Positions 8,801 through 18,446 of a stretch of 45,388 nucleotides of DNA are shown here, one piece after another. This DNA is from Bacteroidales bacterium (GTDB lineage Bacteria > Bacteroidota > Bacteroidia > Bacteroidales > WCHB1-69), in the NCBI GenBank assembly GCA_016282395.1, contig JAEEKL010000150.1, positions 1 to 45,388 on the forward strand, written 5' to 3'. Every line of letters begins with the position of its first letter. Positions within the stretch are counted from its first letter, which is position 1. The position numbers and the translations under genes were made by a program. The notes under the pieces were generated by a model. That model was not told where the DNA came from. It did not search any database and saw only the letters and a program-made list of their open reading frames with translations.

Positions 8801-9521
8801 GGGTATCATTTAATGTTTCTTCAAACGGATACACGCCAGAAGGTTGCAACACCAGCCATTCGGCGGCGTGGACGGCTCCGCGAGCGAAGCCTTCGCGGCC
8901 GTGGGCGGTATGAGTGATTTCAATAGTATCTTCAGGAGATTTCCACACGATCTTATGCGTGCCGGGGACTTCACCCTCACGGATGGCCGTTATAGGCACC
9001 ACATTCGTATGGTCGCAAGGAGTCAACCGCCAGTCCTGCAGCGAATCGACCCCGCTGACAATATCCTTCGCAAGGTGGATGGCGGTGCCGCTCGGGGCGT
9101 CCTTTTTGTGGATGTGGTGGGTTTCCTCCATCGCTACTTGGTATCGATCTTGCGTGTTCATCAGCTTGGCCAAAAGCTGGTTGACTTTGAAGAAGATATT
9201 GACCCCGATGCTGAAGTTGGCACCATAGACCAGACGGCCGCTATGCGCCATGCACTGCTTACGGACCTCATCCAAACGGTCGTGCCAGCCGGTGGTGCCG
9301 ACCACTATCGGGACGTTTGCCTCGAATGCGCGGAGCATGTTCGGCACCGCGACACCTGGCTCAGAGAAGTCGATGGCGACCTCCGCAGAACGGAATTCGC
9401 GGTCAAGACGCTGCCAGTCCGCCTCGTTGTCGATGACGGCCACAACCTCGTGCCGCCGCTCTAACAGCACCTTCTCCACGATATGGCCCATTTTCCCGTA
9501 TCCTAATATTGCGACTTTCAT
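8787..9521 (-). CDS. dapB: 4-hydroxy-tetrahydrodipicolinate reductase
   Basis: 'MKVAILGYGKMGH' Rossmann N-terminus, 'EETHHIHKKDAPSGTA' motif, 244 aa. Confidence 0.93.
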   Translation of the reverse strand: MKVAILGYGKMGHIVEKVLLERRHEVVAVIDNEADWQRLDREFRSAEVAIDFSEPGVAVPNMLRAFEANVPIVVGTTGWHDRLDEVRKQCMAHSGRLVYGANFSIGVNIFFKVNQLLAKLMNTQDRYQVAMEETHHIHKKDAPSGTAIHLAKDIVSGVDSLQDWRLTPCDHTNVVPITAIREGEVPGTHKIVWKSPEDTIEITHTAHGREGFARGAVHAAEWLVLQPSGVYPFEETLNDTRRGE

Positions 9522-9865
9522 TATTCGATTCCTGCTTCTTGCAATAATTGTATTATTTCCTGATCTGTTATATTTTCTTTATAGGACTTGTCGTATATTG
9601 TTAACAAAGTCACCTCTTGTTGATTTAGTTCAAGTACAACGTTAACATGCGAAATGACTCTTGCTCCACCGCGTTTTCCTTTGCCTTTTGAGGTTATTGC
9701 GAAACGAATTTTATGAATTCCATGCCCTATAGAAGTTCCCAACGATGGGTTTTCCTTCAGATTAAGAAGAAAACTTTCAAAATCGTCCGCAAATGAAGGA
9801 TAGCGTTTGGATAGTTTTTTAGATTCACGAGAAAAAGTCGGAGTGACAACGATTCTACAGTTCAT
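9521..9865 (-). CDS. Putative RelE/ParE-superfamily (HigB/Gp49-like) toxin
   Basis: 114 aa with 'KIRFAITSKGKGKRGGARVI', resembling the G-K-S/R-G-G-x-R-V-I signature of this toxin family. Its start overlaps the upstream small ORF by 4 nt (ATGA). The region is visibly more AT-rich than dapB. Confidence 0.65.
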   Translation of the reverse strand: MNCRIVVTPTFSRESKKLSKRYPSFADDFESFLLNLKENPSLGTSIGHGIHKIRFAITSKGKGKRGGARVISHVNVVLELNQQEVTLLTIYDKSYKENITDQEIIQLLQEAGIE

Positions 9866-10110
9866 AATGTACGAAGTTCATTTAGTAAATCATCGGCAGA
9901 TTGAAATTCAAGTTGACCTTCCTTATATTGTTTAAATTCGGCAAATGCTTCACGTATGTTTCCAACGACATCTTCTTTGGTCTCGACCTCCTCATCTTTA
10001 ATGCGGACGAGATCTCTAACATAATTAATCACCTTGCGCATCAACCCCTCGTCTTCTGCAATGGGAGAGATTTCTCGCAACAGTTCGGTTTGTAATTCTA
10101 CAGCAGTCAT
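9862..10110 (-). CDS. Putative cognate antitoxin (small acidic protein)
   Basis: 82 aa from ATG 10110 (MTAVELQ...), with an ATGA overlap onto the toxin start. The longer ORF start at 10146 would overlap the -7 box at 10136-10143. Confidence 0.55.
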   Translation of the reverse strand: MTAVELQTELLREISPIAEDEGLMRKVINYVRDLVRIKDEEVETKEDVVGNIREAFAEFKQYKEGQLEFQSADDLLNELRTL

Positions 10111-10135
10111 ACGTCTAATCCTTTGTTTCAAAGTG

Positions 10136-10143
10136 CAAAAGTA
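10136..10143 (-). promoter_or_regulatory. -7 box TActTTTG (minus strand) upstream of the antitoxin gene
   Basis: The plus strand reads caaaagta. The box lies 26 nt upstream of ATG 10110. Confidence 0.45.
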
Positions 10144-10154
10144 CAAAAAACTGA

Positions 10155-11279
10155 CTATTTTTCCAATGCTTTTTTCACAGCCTTCTCGATTTCTTCCCCT
10201 CTCAAATCGCGGGCAATGATTTTCCCGTCCTTGCCGATGAGCAGTATCTGGGGGATGCCATCAATGCCGTAGGTATCAGTGGCATTACGGGTGGCGTCGG
10301 TCAGTTGTGTCCACGTCATGCCCAAATCCTTGATTGCTTTGGCCTGCGCGTCGGGTTTGTCCCACACGTTGAGACTGATTACCACAAAGTCCTTGCTACC
10401 GTATTGTTCGTGAATCTTCTTGATGTTGGGGATTTCACGGCGACAGGGTCCGCACCAGGAAGCCCAGAAGTCAATGAGCGCGACTTTGCCGTTAATCACT
10501 TTACTCAACTTTACAGGTTTCTTTGTCTTATAGTCCGTCAGGTCAAGGTCAATAAACGGTTTGCCCGCTGCCGTGTGGCTAACTTTTTCCATCGCCGCCA
10601 ATTTCGTCTTAAGAGGCTGATATGTAGTTACCACAGGAGCTGCCCCTTCCAACATCTCTACCACGGACTCATAATCTTCCGCCTCATATTCCAGATAATT
10701 CTCCATAACAAGTGCGCCCATGGCATTCGACTTGTTAGCGGTATAAGTGTCTTTCATCATAAGAAAGAGCATCCTGGTCCGGTCTTGATACTCCCGTACC
10801 TGTTTCTCCCGTTCCTCTCTCGGCATGGATATCATCTGATCCATCTTCGAATAATAGGCGCTGATGGCACTTACCTCATTATTGCACCATTTGGAAAAGT
10901 CATAGAAACGATCATTAAGCGGCGTTCCAGACAACGAATCGGTAACCAAGTCGGCGTAGATATTGCCCGGTTCGCCAACAATGCGCAGGTAATAGTAACT
11001 GCGGGCATCGTTGTTTTGAGGATCCGTCTTTAACATGCCCACGAACGGTTCCGACACTTCGATGTCCAATGTAAAAACGCTGTCCACTATCTTTGTGGAT
11101 GCCAGCGACTTGCCAGTGTTCATATTCAGCACTGCGATATTCTTGCCCTGCAGTGCCGGCACGGCAACTCTACCCGTAATATGGCAATTCTGCGCCGAAA
11201 GTCCAAACGGGAGCATGAACAGGACAATTACGGCTAAAATAATGTTGAATTTTGTCATTATTAAAATTTTAAAGGTCAA
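10155..11279 (-). CDS. TlpA-family thiol:disulfide oxidoreductase (thioredoxin fold) with an N-terminal DUF4369-like domain
   Basis: 'LIDFWASWCGPCRREIP' CxxC motif and a signal peptide. The start could instead be ATG 11258 (MTKFNII...). Confidence 0.85.
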   Translation of the reverse strand: MTFKILIMTKFNIILAVIVLFMLPFGLSAQNCHITGRVAVPALQGKNIAVLNMNTGKSLASTKIVDSVFTLDIEVSEPFVGMLKTDPQNNDARSYYYLRIVGEPGNIYADLVTDSLSGTPLNDRFYDFSKWCNNEVSAISAYYSKMDQMISMPREEREKQVREYQDRTRMLFLMMKDTYTANKSNAMGALVMENYLEYEAEDYESVVEMLEGAAPVVTTYQPLKTKLAAMEKVSHTAAGKPFIDLDLTDYKTKKPVKLSKVINGKVALIDFWASWCGPCRREIPNIKKIHEQYGSKDFVVISLNVWDKPDAQAKAIKDLGMTWTQLTDATRNATDTYGIDGIPQILLIGKDGKIIARDLRGEEIEKAVKKALEK

Positions 11280-11296
11280 AGTTTAAGTCCAAGTAA

Positions 11297-11884
11297 TTAT
11301 TTGAAGCTCAAAGCCACAGAGATGCCGTATGATGGCGAGGAGCTGCCCGGGGTCGGCAACAACATCGGACTCCAATACAGCGACAAATCATCAGAAACAT
11401 CAAAGTAATAGAGATGCGCATCCACCATGGCGTCGATAAAGTTTAGCGTATAGATGAGGGCGGTGGCCGCAAGACTGATTTCCATATTGCGGAGTGCCTT
11501 TTGGTGCATGGAGAGGATGTTCTCGTCATCAGAATTGGCCAGTCCGGGAATCAGCAAGTCTGTATGCCCATCGCGACGATTGATAAATTCCCTTCTGTAC
11601 AAGAGCATGTCAGACGTGTATTTGTACAAGAAATAGCCGGAGACTTCAAACAAGCCATAGATAATAGGCACTTTCCAATATTTGCGGTTATAAATCTGCC
11701 CGCCACCCGGAATGATGGAATACAGTATCGCGGCTGTCGGACTATGTTTGGCAACTTTCAGCGAATCATGTGCTTTCACACGTGAGACCTTCGGTGAGGT
11801 AATTTCTTGGGAATAAGCAAACAGACTCATGCAGAGCAAGATAACACCCACAAAAATCTGCTTTTTCATTCTCATAATCATCAC
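11297..11884 (-). CDS. DUF5683-family membrane protein
   Basis: Signal peptide plus 'AAILYSIIPGGGQIYNRKYWKVPIIYG'. It sits downstream of parB, the usual position for this family in Bacteroidetes. Confidence 0.7.
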   Translation of the reverse strand: MMIMRMKKQIFVGVILLCMSLFAYSQEITSPKVSRVKAHDSLKVAKHSPTAAILYSIIPGGGQIYNRKYWKVPIIYGLFEVSGYFLYKYTSDMLLYRREFINRRDGHTDLLIPGLANSDDENILSMHQKALRNMEISLAATALIYTLNFIDAMVDAHLYYFDVSDDLSLYWSPMLLPTPGSSSPSYGISVALSFK

Positions 11885-11916
11885 TTTTGCAACAGGCTAA
11901 CGCTGATGTTAACGAT

Positions 11917-12792
11917 TTATTGCAAAACGTCCAGAATATGTTTTAACTCTTCGTCGGAGGAGAACGGAATTTGAATCGTGCCCTTCCCCGAAATATCTTT
12001 CTTGATATTCACCTTTGTGTTCAATTTCTTTCCCAAGGCGGTCTGGGCGTTGCGCACTTCATCGGAAAGGGTTATTTTCACCTTCGACTTTTTGTTACGG
12101 GAGCCCTCCAAGACGGATTTCACCAATGATTCAGTCTGTCTCACAGACAGTTGATCTTTGATAATCTGTTGTACTAATTTGGCTTGTAACGCTTCGTCCT
12201 CCACAGGAACCAATGCGCGGGCATGCCCCATGGCGATCTGGTTGTCGCGCACAGCCACCTGCACGGGTGTCGAAAGTTTGAGGAGACGCAAGTAGTTGGA
12301 AATAGAAGTGTTGGTCTTTCCTACTTTAACGGCGAGCTCTTCTTGGGTGAAATGACACTCTTCCATGAGCATCTGGTAGCTCAAGGCTATCTCGATAGCA
12401 TTCAGGTCGGTGCGCTGGATGTTCTCCACAAGAGCCATCTGGATGGAAAGGGCATCATCCACAGTGCGGACGAAAGCGGGTATATCCGTCAGTCCGGCCA
12501 TCTGGGCGGCACGGAAACGTCGTTCCCCGGAAATGAGCTGGTATTTGCCGTTGCCTACCGGACGCACTGTCACCGGCTGAATAAGCCCATAAGTCTTGAT
12601 GGACTGAGCCAATTCCGCCAACGACTCTTCATCGAATCGAGTGCGCGGTTGGTAAGGGTTAGCTTCGATGGATTCTATGCGGATGTTGGTGTTTCCACTC
12701 ACCACCTGCGAATGCTCGCTGTGTACGGGTATCTCCATCCCGCCGAGCATCGCTTCCAATCCGCGTCCTAATGGTTTGTCTTTTTTTGGCAT
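11917..12792 (-). CDS. parB: Chromosome partitioning protein ParB/Spo0J
   Basis: 'GLIQPVTVRP', 'LISGERRFRAAQMAGL', and an HTH segment 'FTQEELAVKVGKTNTSISNYLRLL'. Confidence 0.93.
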   Translation of the reverse strand: MPKKDKPLGRGLEAMLGGMEIPVHSEHSQVVSGNTNIRIESIEANPYQPRTRFDEESLAELAQSIKTYGLIQPVTVRPVGNGKYQLISGERRFRAAQMAGLTDIPAFVRTVDDALSIQMALVENIQRTDLNAIEIALSYQMLMEECHFTQEELAVKVGKTNTSISNYLRLLKLSTPVQVAVRDNQIAMGHARALVPVEDEALQAKLVQQIIKDQLSVRQTESLVKSVLEGSRNKKSKVKITLSDEVRNAQTALGKKLNTKVNIKKDISGKGTIQIPFSSDEELKHILDVLQ

Positions 12793-12857
12793 AATATTTT
12801 GATTCAGATTAATTTTTGTGAAGAGTGATTAATGAATAGTGATTAGAACATTGTACA

Positions 12858-13631
12858 TTATACAGTATATCCGTTCTTCAAGAGGAACTCCTTGGCAAGG
12901 TTCATGTAGTTGACGTGGCCGACAGATTTGATGTCATAGACAGCGATCGGCACCCCGTAGCTGGGAGCCTCACTCAAGCGCACCGTACGGTTGATGACCG
13001 TGTCAAACACGATGTCGCGGCAATGGAAGCGCACATCCTCATAGACGGCATTGGCGGACTTGAAGCGATTCGTGTACATGGTCATCAAGATTCCCTCGAT
13101 GGAGAGATCCGGGTTCATGTTCGACTGCACGATACGGATGGTGTTGAGCAGTTTGCCGAGACCTTCGAGGGCGAAATACTCGCACTGCACGGGAATGATG
13201 ACTGAATCGGCGGCGACAAGCGCATTAAGGGTGACAAGGCCCAATGACGGCGCACAGTCGATGAATATAAAGTCGTAATCGTTCTTGACATCCGTAAGCG
13301 CATCCTTCATCCGATATTCCCGACGGTCGAAAGAAATCATCTCGATTTCGGCGCCCACGAGGTGAATGGTGGCTGGCATCAAATAGAGGTTGGGGGTTTT
13401 CGTTTCCACCACGGCCTCTGAAGCCATCTTACCATTCACAATGCAGTCATAGATACTTATGGTGTTGTCGTCAGGATAGACACCCACACCGCTGGAGGCG
13501 TTGCCTTGCGGATCCGCGTCAATCAACAGCACACGGAAATCCAGCAACGCCAGCGACGCCGCCAGATTCACGGCGGTGGTTGTCTTCCCCACCCCACCCT
13601 TCTGGTTTACAATGGCTACTATTTTCCCCAT
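12858..13631 (-). CDS. parA: Chromosome partitioning ATPase ParA/Soj
   Basis: Deviant Walker A 'NQKGGVGKTTT', 257 aa. Confidence 0.95.
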   Translation of the reverse strand: MGKIVAIVNQKGGVGKTTTAVNLAASLALLDFRVLLIDADPQGNASSGVGVYPDDNTISIYDCIVNGKMASEAVVETKTPNLYLMPATIHLVGAEIEMISFDRREYRMKDALTDVKNDYDFIFIDCAPSLGLVTLNALVAADSVIIPVQCEYFALEGLGKLLNTIRIVQSNMNPDLSIEGILMTMYTNRFKSANAVYEDVRFHCRDIVFDTVINRTVRLSEAPSYGVPIAVYDIKSVGHVNYMNLAKEFLLKNGYTV

Positions 13632-13978
13632 TATAATGAAAGGTCTATATCGTCAAAGGTGATACCCAGGTCCATGTCATCTTCCGTCTTCTCAAACTTG
13701 TCATTCTCGAAGAAGGTTTCCTCTGGAACAGTACCGTTTTCGATGAATTCAATCACGCCGGACAGGGCATTCTTGAATTTCTCGAAATCCTCCTTGTAAA
13801 GGAATATTTTATGTTTCTCGTAAAAGAAATTCCCGTTATCTGCGTTAAACTTGCGCTTGCTTTCCGTGATGGTCAGATACATCTCCTCGTTTCTGCTTCT
13901 TTTAACATCGAAGAAGTAGGTTCTTTTCCCTGCTTTCACTGCACGCGAGAGAACTTCGTTTTTGTCTTGATTTTCCAT
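13631..13978 (-). CDS. PUR-alpha-like nucleic-acid-binding protein (DUF3276)
   Basis: 'KAGKRTYFFDVKRSRNEEMYLTITESKR' and 'FFYEKHKIFLYKEDFEKF' repeats. Its stop overlaps the parA ATG by 1 nt (TAATG). Confidence 0.75.
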   Translation of the reverse strand: MENQDKNEVLSRAVKAGKRTYFFDVKRSRNEEMYLTITESKRKFNADNGNFFYEKHKIFLYKEDFEKFKNALSGVIEFIENGTVPEETFFENDKFEKTEDDMDLGITFDDIDLSL

Positions 13979-14013
13979 AATGTCTAATACTTTTATTGAT
14001 TCAAATGAGACCG

Positions 14014-14021
14014 CAAAAGTA
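14014..14021 (-). promoter_or_regulatory. -7 box TActTTTG (minus strand) upstream of the DUF3276-parAB operon
   Basis: The plus strand reads caaaagta, 36 nt upstream of ATG 13978. Confidence 0.4.
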
Positions 14022-14057
14022 CGGAAATTTCGTTCACTTTGCCATCTTTTTTTAAAA

Positions 14058-16001
14058 TTATTTTCTTTTTTGTGATTGTTGCTGTTGTTTAAGCATTTGT
14101 GCCTGCTGTTTTTGCAATTCCTCCATCTTGAGCTGCCATCTGGACTTCTTGACAGGCTTTTTCATATTCTCCTGCATCTTGGCGCGGAGTTTGTCCTCGT
14201 CAATTGCAATGCGGAAGATAAACATCTGCAGGAACGTGACGAGGTTGAAGAGCAGATAGTAGTAGGTAAGAGCGGATGCGAAATTGTTGAACATGAACAG
14301 GAACATGACCGGCATCATATACATCATGATATTCATCATGCGCTGCTGGTCCTTGTTGCCCTGCGTGGGGGCCATCAGTTTCTGGTTCAGCCAAGTATAG
14401 ACTATCGTGGCGATGGTCATAAGGATGGTGAACAGGCTGAGGTGGTCACCGAGAAGCGGGATATTGTGACCGAAATCCCAAATGGAGTCGTAGGTGGAAA
14501 GATCCTCAGCCCAAAGGAACGGCTGTTGGCGTAACTCATAGGCGGAGGGGAAGAACCGGTACATGGCAATGAGTATCGGCATCTGAAGCAACATCGGCAC
14601 ACAACCGCCGGCGGGCTTCACCCCCGCGCTGCGATAGAGGCTCATCGTGGCTTGCTGCTTCTTCATCATGTCCTCATCCTTCGGATATTTCGCGTTGAGA
14701 GCCTCGATTTCCGGTTTCAACGCACGCATCTTGGCCGACGAAATGTAGGTCTTATAGCTGACCGGAAGCACCACAACCTTGATGAAGATGGTGAGTATCA
14801 GAATGATAAGACCATAACTCAAACCGTAGGCTTCCAACCAGTTGAAAACGGGGATGATGATAAAGCGGTTGATCCACTGCAGCAGGAAGAACCCCCAGCC
14901 AAGCGGCACCTGACGCTCTAATTTCGTGTCATATTCCTTAAGCAGGCGATACTGGTTCGGTCCCACGTACATGTACATGCCGAAATGGCCCTTGTTAAGG
15001 TCGGCAATCTCAAAGTCAAGATCGGCGGTGCAGTCTTTCAGAATGTTGTCCCGCTTTTCCTCGGGAAGCTGTACCGACAGGGAGCCAGAAGAGAACGGCA
15101 CCTCCTTAGACACCAGACAGGTGGTGAAGAACTGCTGTTTGAAAGAGACCCACTTAAGCGGAGCAGTGAAATCCTTTTTGTCGGGCTTGCGCTCGTCAAG
15201 GTTGCCAACATCATCGCTGTTGTCCATATAATATATAGAAGTGATGTTCTTCTCATAGTCGAAGTTTTTCTCCACACACTTGGGCTGTGCCACCCACTGC
15301 ATTGTGAAAGCATGGCGGTTCGGATAAAGATACGACTCCATATTGACCACATTGATCTCATAGTCGAACTTATAGTCGTCATTGGAAAAAGTGTAAAGAT
15401 ACTCAATGTAGGATTTTTGGTCGAGAACCTGACACTGAGTGCTGTCGGCACTGGCATTGGGGTACAGCCGTAACGATAGTTTGTTGTGTTTCCCATCCAC
15501 TACCAATTCCTCAGTGTTGGCCACAAAGTAGCAGTCGCTGGTGGACACTTCCGTCTGGTCTCGGAGCATCAGCTTGATGGACATGCGGTTGGAGCCACCG
15601 TCGAAAATCACAAGGGGCTGTTTGGCGGAATCCTTCGCAGTGTAACGGTAAACATCTTTCAGTTCAATCTGCTTGAGATATCCGCCTTTCTTACTGAAAT
15701 GGTAATATGCCTTGGCGGTTTCCACCATATAGTCGCCATCTTCGGACACTTGGGCATTAGAGAATCGTTGTGCGGGAGTGAGGGAGGTCATTGCGGGATT
15801 CTCAACCGTGTTACCGGTCGTGTCCGACTGGTTGTCCAAGGAGAGTGCCTGTGCGGTTTCCGCCGTCTCTTTCTCAATTTCTTCCAACATCTGCGCTTCT
15901 TGCGCTGCTTTCTGCTTCTTCATCTGAGAGGTCTGGTAGAAGCTGAAGCCCAGAAACAGGGCGAAAATCAGCAACAGACCGATAACCGTATTCTTATCCA
16001 T
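14058..16001 (-). CDS. yidC: Membrane protein insertase YidC (long Bacteroidetes form)
   Basis: 647 aa with an N-terminal TM segment, a large periplasmic domain, and a C-terminal core 'GCVPMLLQMPILIAMYRFF'. Confidence 0.93.
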   Translation of the reverse strand: MDKNTVIGLLLIFALFLGFSFYQTSQMKKQKAAQEAQMLEEIEKETAETAQALSLDNQSDTTGNTVENPAMTSLTPAQRFSNAQVSEDGDYMVETAKAYYHFSKKGGYLKQIELKDVYRYTAKDSAKQPLVIFDGGSNRMSIKLMLRDQTEVSTSDCYFVANTEELVVDGKHNKLSLRLYPNASADSTQCQVLDQKSYIEYLYTFSNDDYKFDYEINVVNMESYLYPNRHAFTMQWVAQPKCVEKNFDYEKNITSIYYMDNSDDVGNLDERKPDKKDFTAPLKWVSFKQQFFTTCLVSKEVPFSSGSLSVQLPEEKRDNILKDCTADLDFEIADLNKGHFGMYMYVGPNQYRLLKEYDTKLERQVPLGWGFFLLQWINRFIIIPVFNWLEAYGLSYGLIILILTIFIKVVVLPVSYKTYISSAKMRALKPEIEALNAKYPKDEDMMKKQQATMSLYRSAGVKPAGGCVPMLLQMPILIAMYRFFPSAYELRQQPFLWAEDLSTYDSIWDFGHNIPLLGDHLSLFTILMTIATIVYTWLNQKLMAPTQGNKDQQRMMNIMMYMMPVMFLFMFNNFASALTYYYLLFNLVTFLQMFIFRIAIDEDKLRAKMQENMKKPVKKSRWQLKMEELQKQQAQMLKQQQQSQKRK

Positions 16002-16022
16002 CTTCCAAATTTAAATTGGCGG

Positions 16023-16030
16023 CAAAAGTA
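16023..16030 (-). promoter_or_regulatory. -7 box TActTTTG (minus strand) upstream of yidC
   Basis: The plus strand reads caaaagta, 22 nt upstream of ATG 16001. Confidence 0.4.
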
Positions 16031-16108
16031 CAAAAAAAAACATAACCGCCTGCACACAAAAAAACAGTTTAGAGATTATACATTTTTTTAAGACACTGAT
16101 ATTTTTTA

Positions 16109-16116
16109 TATCTTTG
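16109..16116 (+). promoter_or_regulatory. -7 box TAtcTTTG at the head of the biosynthetic cluster
   Basis: Exact TAnnTTTG match 18 nt upstream of GTG 16134 and 39 nt upstream of ATG 16155. Confidence 0.5.
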
Positions 16117-16133
16117 CGCCCTTAAAAATCAGA

Positions 16134-17666
16134 GTGAAAATTTTCATTTTAATCATGCAACTATTTGATATAGAGAATATATTATTCAACGGAATGTCAT
16201 TGGTCTTCACCGATGAGGACAAAAAAAGAATGACCGAAAGCTTCCATTATCTCAAAGAGTTTTCAAAAGATAAAATCATATACGGCATCACCACAGGTTT
16301 TGGACCGATGGCACAATATCGTGTAAAAGACGAGGACATCCGCGCTTTGCAATACAACATCATCCGCAGTCACTCCTGCGGTGCCGGCGAACCATTCCCT
16401 GAATTATATGTAAAAGCGGCCATGTTGGCGCGTTTCCACACTTTTGTTAGAGGAAAGTCCGGAGTGGATCCATACGCGATGGAGCTGCTGCAAACATTCA
16501 TCAACAAAGACATCTGCCCGGTCATCCCACAACACGGGAGTGTTGGGGCCTCCGGCGACCTGGTGCAACTGGCACACATGGCACTGGCCCTCATTGGCGA
16601 AGGTGACGTATTTTACCAGGGTCAGCGCAGGCCTACCGCTGAAGTGATGGAAGAATTGGGCATTAAGCCTCTGAAACCCACGTTGCGAGAAGGGCTCGCC
16701 CTTAATAACGGCACCGCCATGATGACCGGCGTGGGCATTGTCAACCTCCACTTCGCCAAAAAACTGCTTGACTACGCCCTCATCGCCTCTGTAATCATCA
16801 ACGAAATTGCCGGATCATACGACGACTTCATGGCCAAAGAGTTGAACGACCTCAAGAACCATGAAGGGCAATCGGTCATCGCACGCAAGATGCTCGAAGT
16901 GGCCGACGGCGACCAGTGCATGCGCAAACGTACCGCCGAGATGTTCCACCATCATGAAGAAAAGGTCTTCACCCATAAGGTTCAGCCCTACTATTCGCTA
17001 CGCTGTGTTCCCCAGATTCTCGGTCCCATCTACGATGCCTACAAGTTCACGGAAAAGATTCTGATCGAGGAATTTAACGCCGTTGATGACAACCCCGTGG
17101 TCGATATGGAGACGGAAATGGTCTATCATGGCGGAAATTTCCACGGGGATTATGTCTCCTTCGAGATGGACAAGCTCAAAATCGCCACCACCAAGATTGC
17201 CGTGCTGATGGAACGCCAGCTCAACTACCTGTGCCACGACCGCATCAACGGCATATTGCCCCCGTTCCTGAACCTGGGCACCCTGGGGCTCACCTACGGC
17301 ATCCAGGCCATGCAGTTCACCGCTTGCTCCACCACGGCCGAATGCCAGGCACTGTCCAATTCCATGTACGTGCATAGCATCCCCAACAACAATGACAATC
17401 AGGATGTGGTCAGCATGGGCACCAATTCCGCTATTTTGGCCAAACGCGTCATTGACAACTGCTACCAAGTGATGGCCATCCACTACATCGCTCTGGCGCA
17501 AGCCATCGACTGTATAGAGATTCAGGGCAAACTTTCCCCGCTCACGAGAAGCATCTACGATGAAGTGCGCGCCATCGTGCCGAAATTCATCGAGGACACG
17601 CCAAAAGACATTGACATTCAAAACATTGAACATTATTTAAGAACAAAATCCACCAATCTTCTATAA
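16134..17666 (+). CDS. Aromatic amino acid ammonia-lyase, tyrosine ammonia-lyase type (FjTAL/FlxA-like)
   Basis: MIO-forming 'GASGDLVQLAHMAL'. 'YGITTGFGPMAQYR' and 'YNIIRSHSCGAG' closely resemble my recollection of Flavobacterium johnsoniae TAL. The start is GTG 16134 or ATG 16155. Confidence 0.9.
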   Translation: MKIFILIMQLFDIENILFNGMSLVFTDEDKKRMTESFHYLKEFSKDKIIYGITTGFGPMAQYRVKDEDIRALQYNIIRSHSCGAGEPFPELYVKAAMLARFHTFVRGKSGVDPYAMELLQTFINKDICPVIPQHGSVGASGDLVQLAHMALALIGEGDVFYQGQRRPTAEVMEELGIKPLKPTLREGLALNNGTAMMTGVGIVNLHFAKKLLDYALIASVIINEIAGSYDDFMAKELNDLKNHEGQSVIARKMLEVADGDQCMRKRTAEMFHHHEEKVFTHKVQPYYSLRCVPQILGPIYDAYKFTEKILIEEFNAVDDNPVVDMETEMVYHGGNFHGDYVSFEMDKLKIATTKIAVLMERQLNYLCHDRINGILPPFLNLGTLGLTYGIQAMQFTACSTTAECQALSNSMYVHSIPNNNDNQDVVSMGTNSAILAKRVIDNCYQVMAIHYIALAQAIDCIEIQGKLSPLTRSIYDEVRAIVPKFIEDTPKDIDIQNIEHYLRTKSTNLL

Positions 17667-17667
17667 T

Positions 17668-18396
17668 ATGAAATACGCTTTAGTAACGGGTGGTTCCAGG
17701 GGTATCGGCAAAGCCGTCTGCATCAAGTTAGCCTCAATGGGGCTCCCCGTCCTCATCAATTACCAGTCGAACCAGCAGGCCGCCGAGGAAACCCGGCAGA
17801 TCATCACCGGAAACGGAGGCACCGCAGAGCTGATGCCATTTGATGTGACAAAAGCTGACGAAGTTGACCAAGCCATTGAGACCTGGCAGAATGCCCATCC
17901 CGAAGATTATATCGGTGTGCTGGTCAACAATGCGGGCATCCGCAAGGACACGCTGATGGTTTTCATGCAAAACGAAGATTGGCATAGTGTCATCGACACC
18001 ACGCTGAACGGCTTCTTCTACACCACCCGGAGGCTCATAAAAGGAATGCTGTCCAAGCGTGACGGACGCATCATCAACATGGCATCCCTTTCCGGGCTCA
18101 AGGGACAGGGCGGGCAGACCAACTATTCCGCCGCCAAGGCAGCCCTGATTGGCGCCACCAAGGCACTGGCGCAGGAAATCGGTTCCCGCAAAATAACTGT
18201 CAATGCCGTAGCCCCAGGGTTTATTGAGACGGACATGACGCAAGGATTTAACGAGGCTGATTTCAAGAAGATGATACCCGCAGGACGTTTCGGAAAACCC
18301 GAAGAGGTGGCCGCATTGGTCGGTTTTCTGGCCTCCGACGATGCCGCCTACATCACTGGCGAGGTGATTTCGATTAATGGGGGGCTTTATACGTAA
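17668..18396 (+). CDS. fabG: 3-oxoacyl-ACP reductase (SDR, FabG/ApeQ-like)
   Basis: 'VTGGSRGIGKA', and 'NYSAAKAA' for the YxxxK motif. Confidence 0.9.
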   Translation: MKYALVTGGSRGIGKAVCIKLASMGLPVLINYQSNQQAAEETRQIITGNGGTAELMPFDVTKADEVDQAIETWQNAHPEDYIGVLVNNAGIRKDTLMVFMQNEDWHSVIDTTLNGFFYTTRRLIKGMLSKRDGRIINMASLSGLKGQGGQTNYSAAKAALIGATKALAQEIGSRKITVNAVAPGFIETDMTQGFNEADFKKMIPAGRFGKPEEVAALVGFLASDDAAYITGEVISINGGLYT

Positions 18397-18446
18397 AAGA
18401 GGGTAGAGTCAAAAGATATAGGAATTAAAAGCTAAAATAATAGTTC

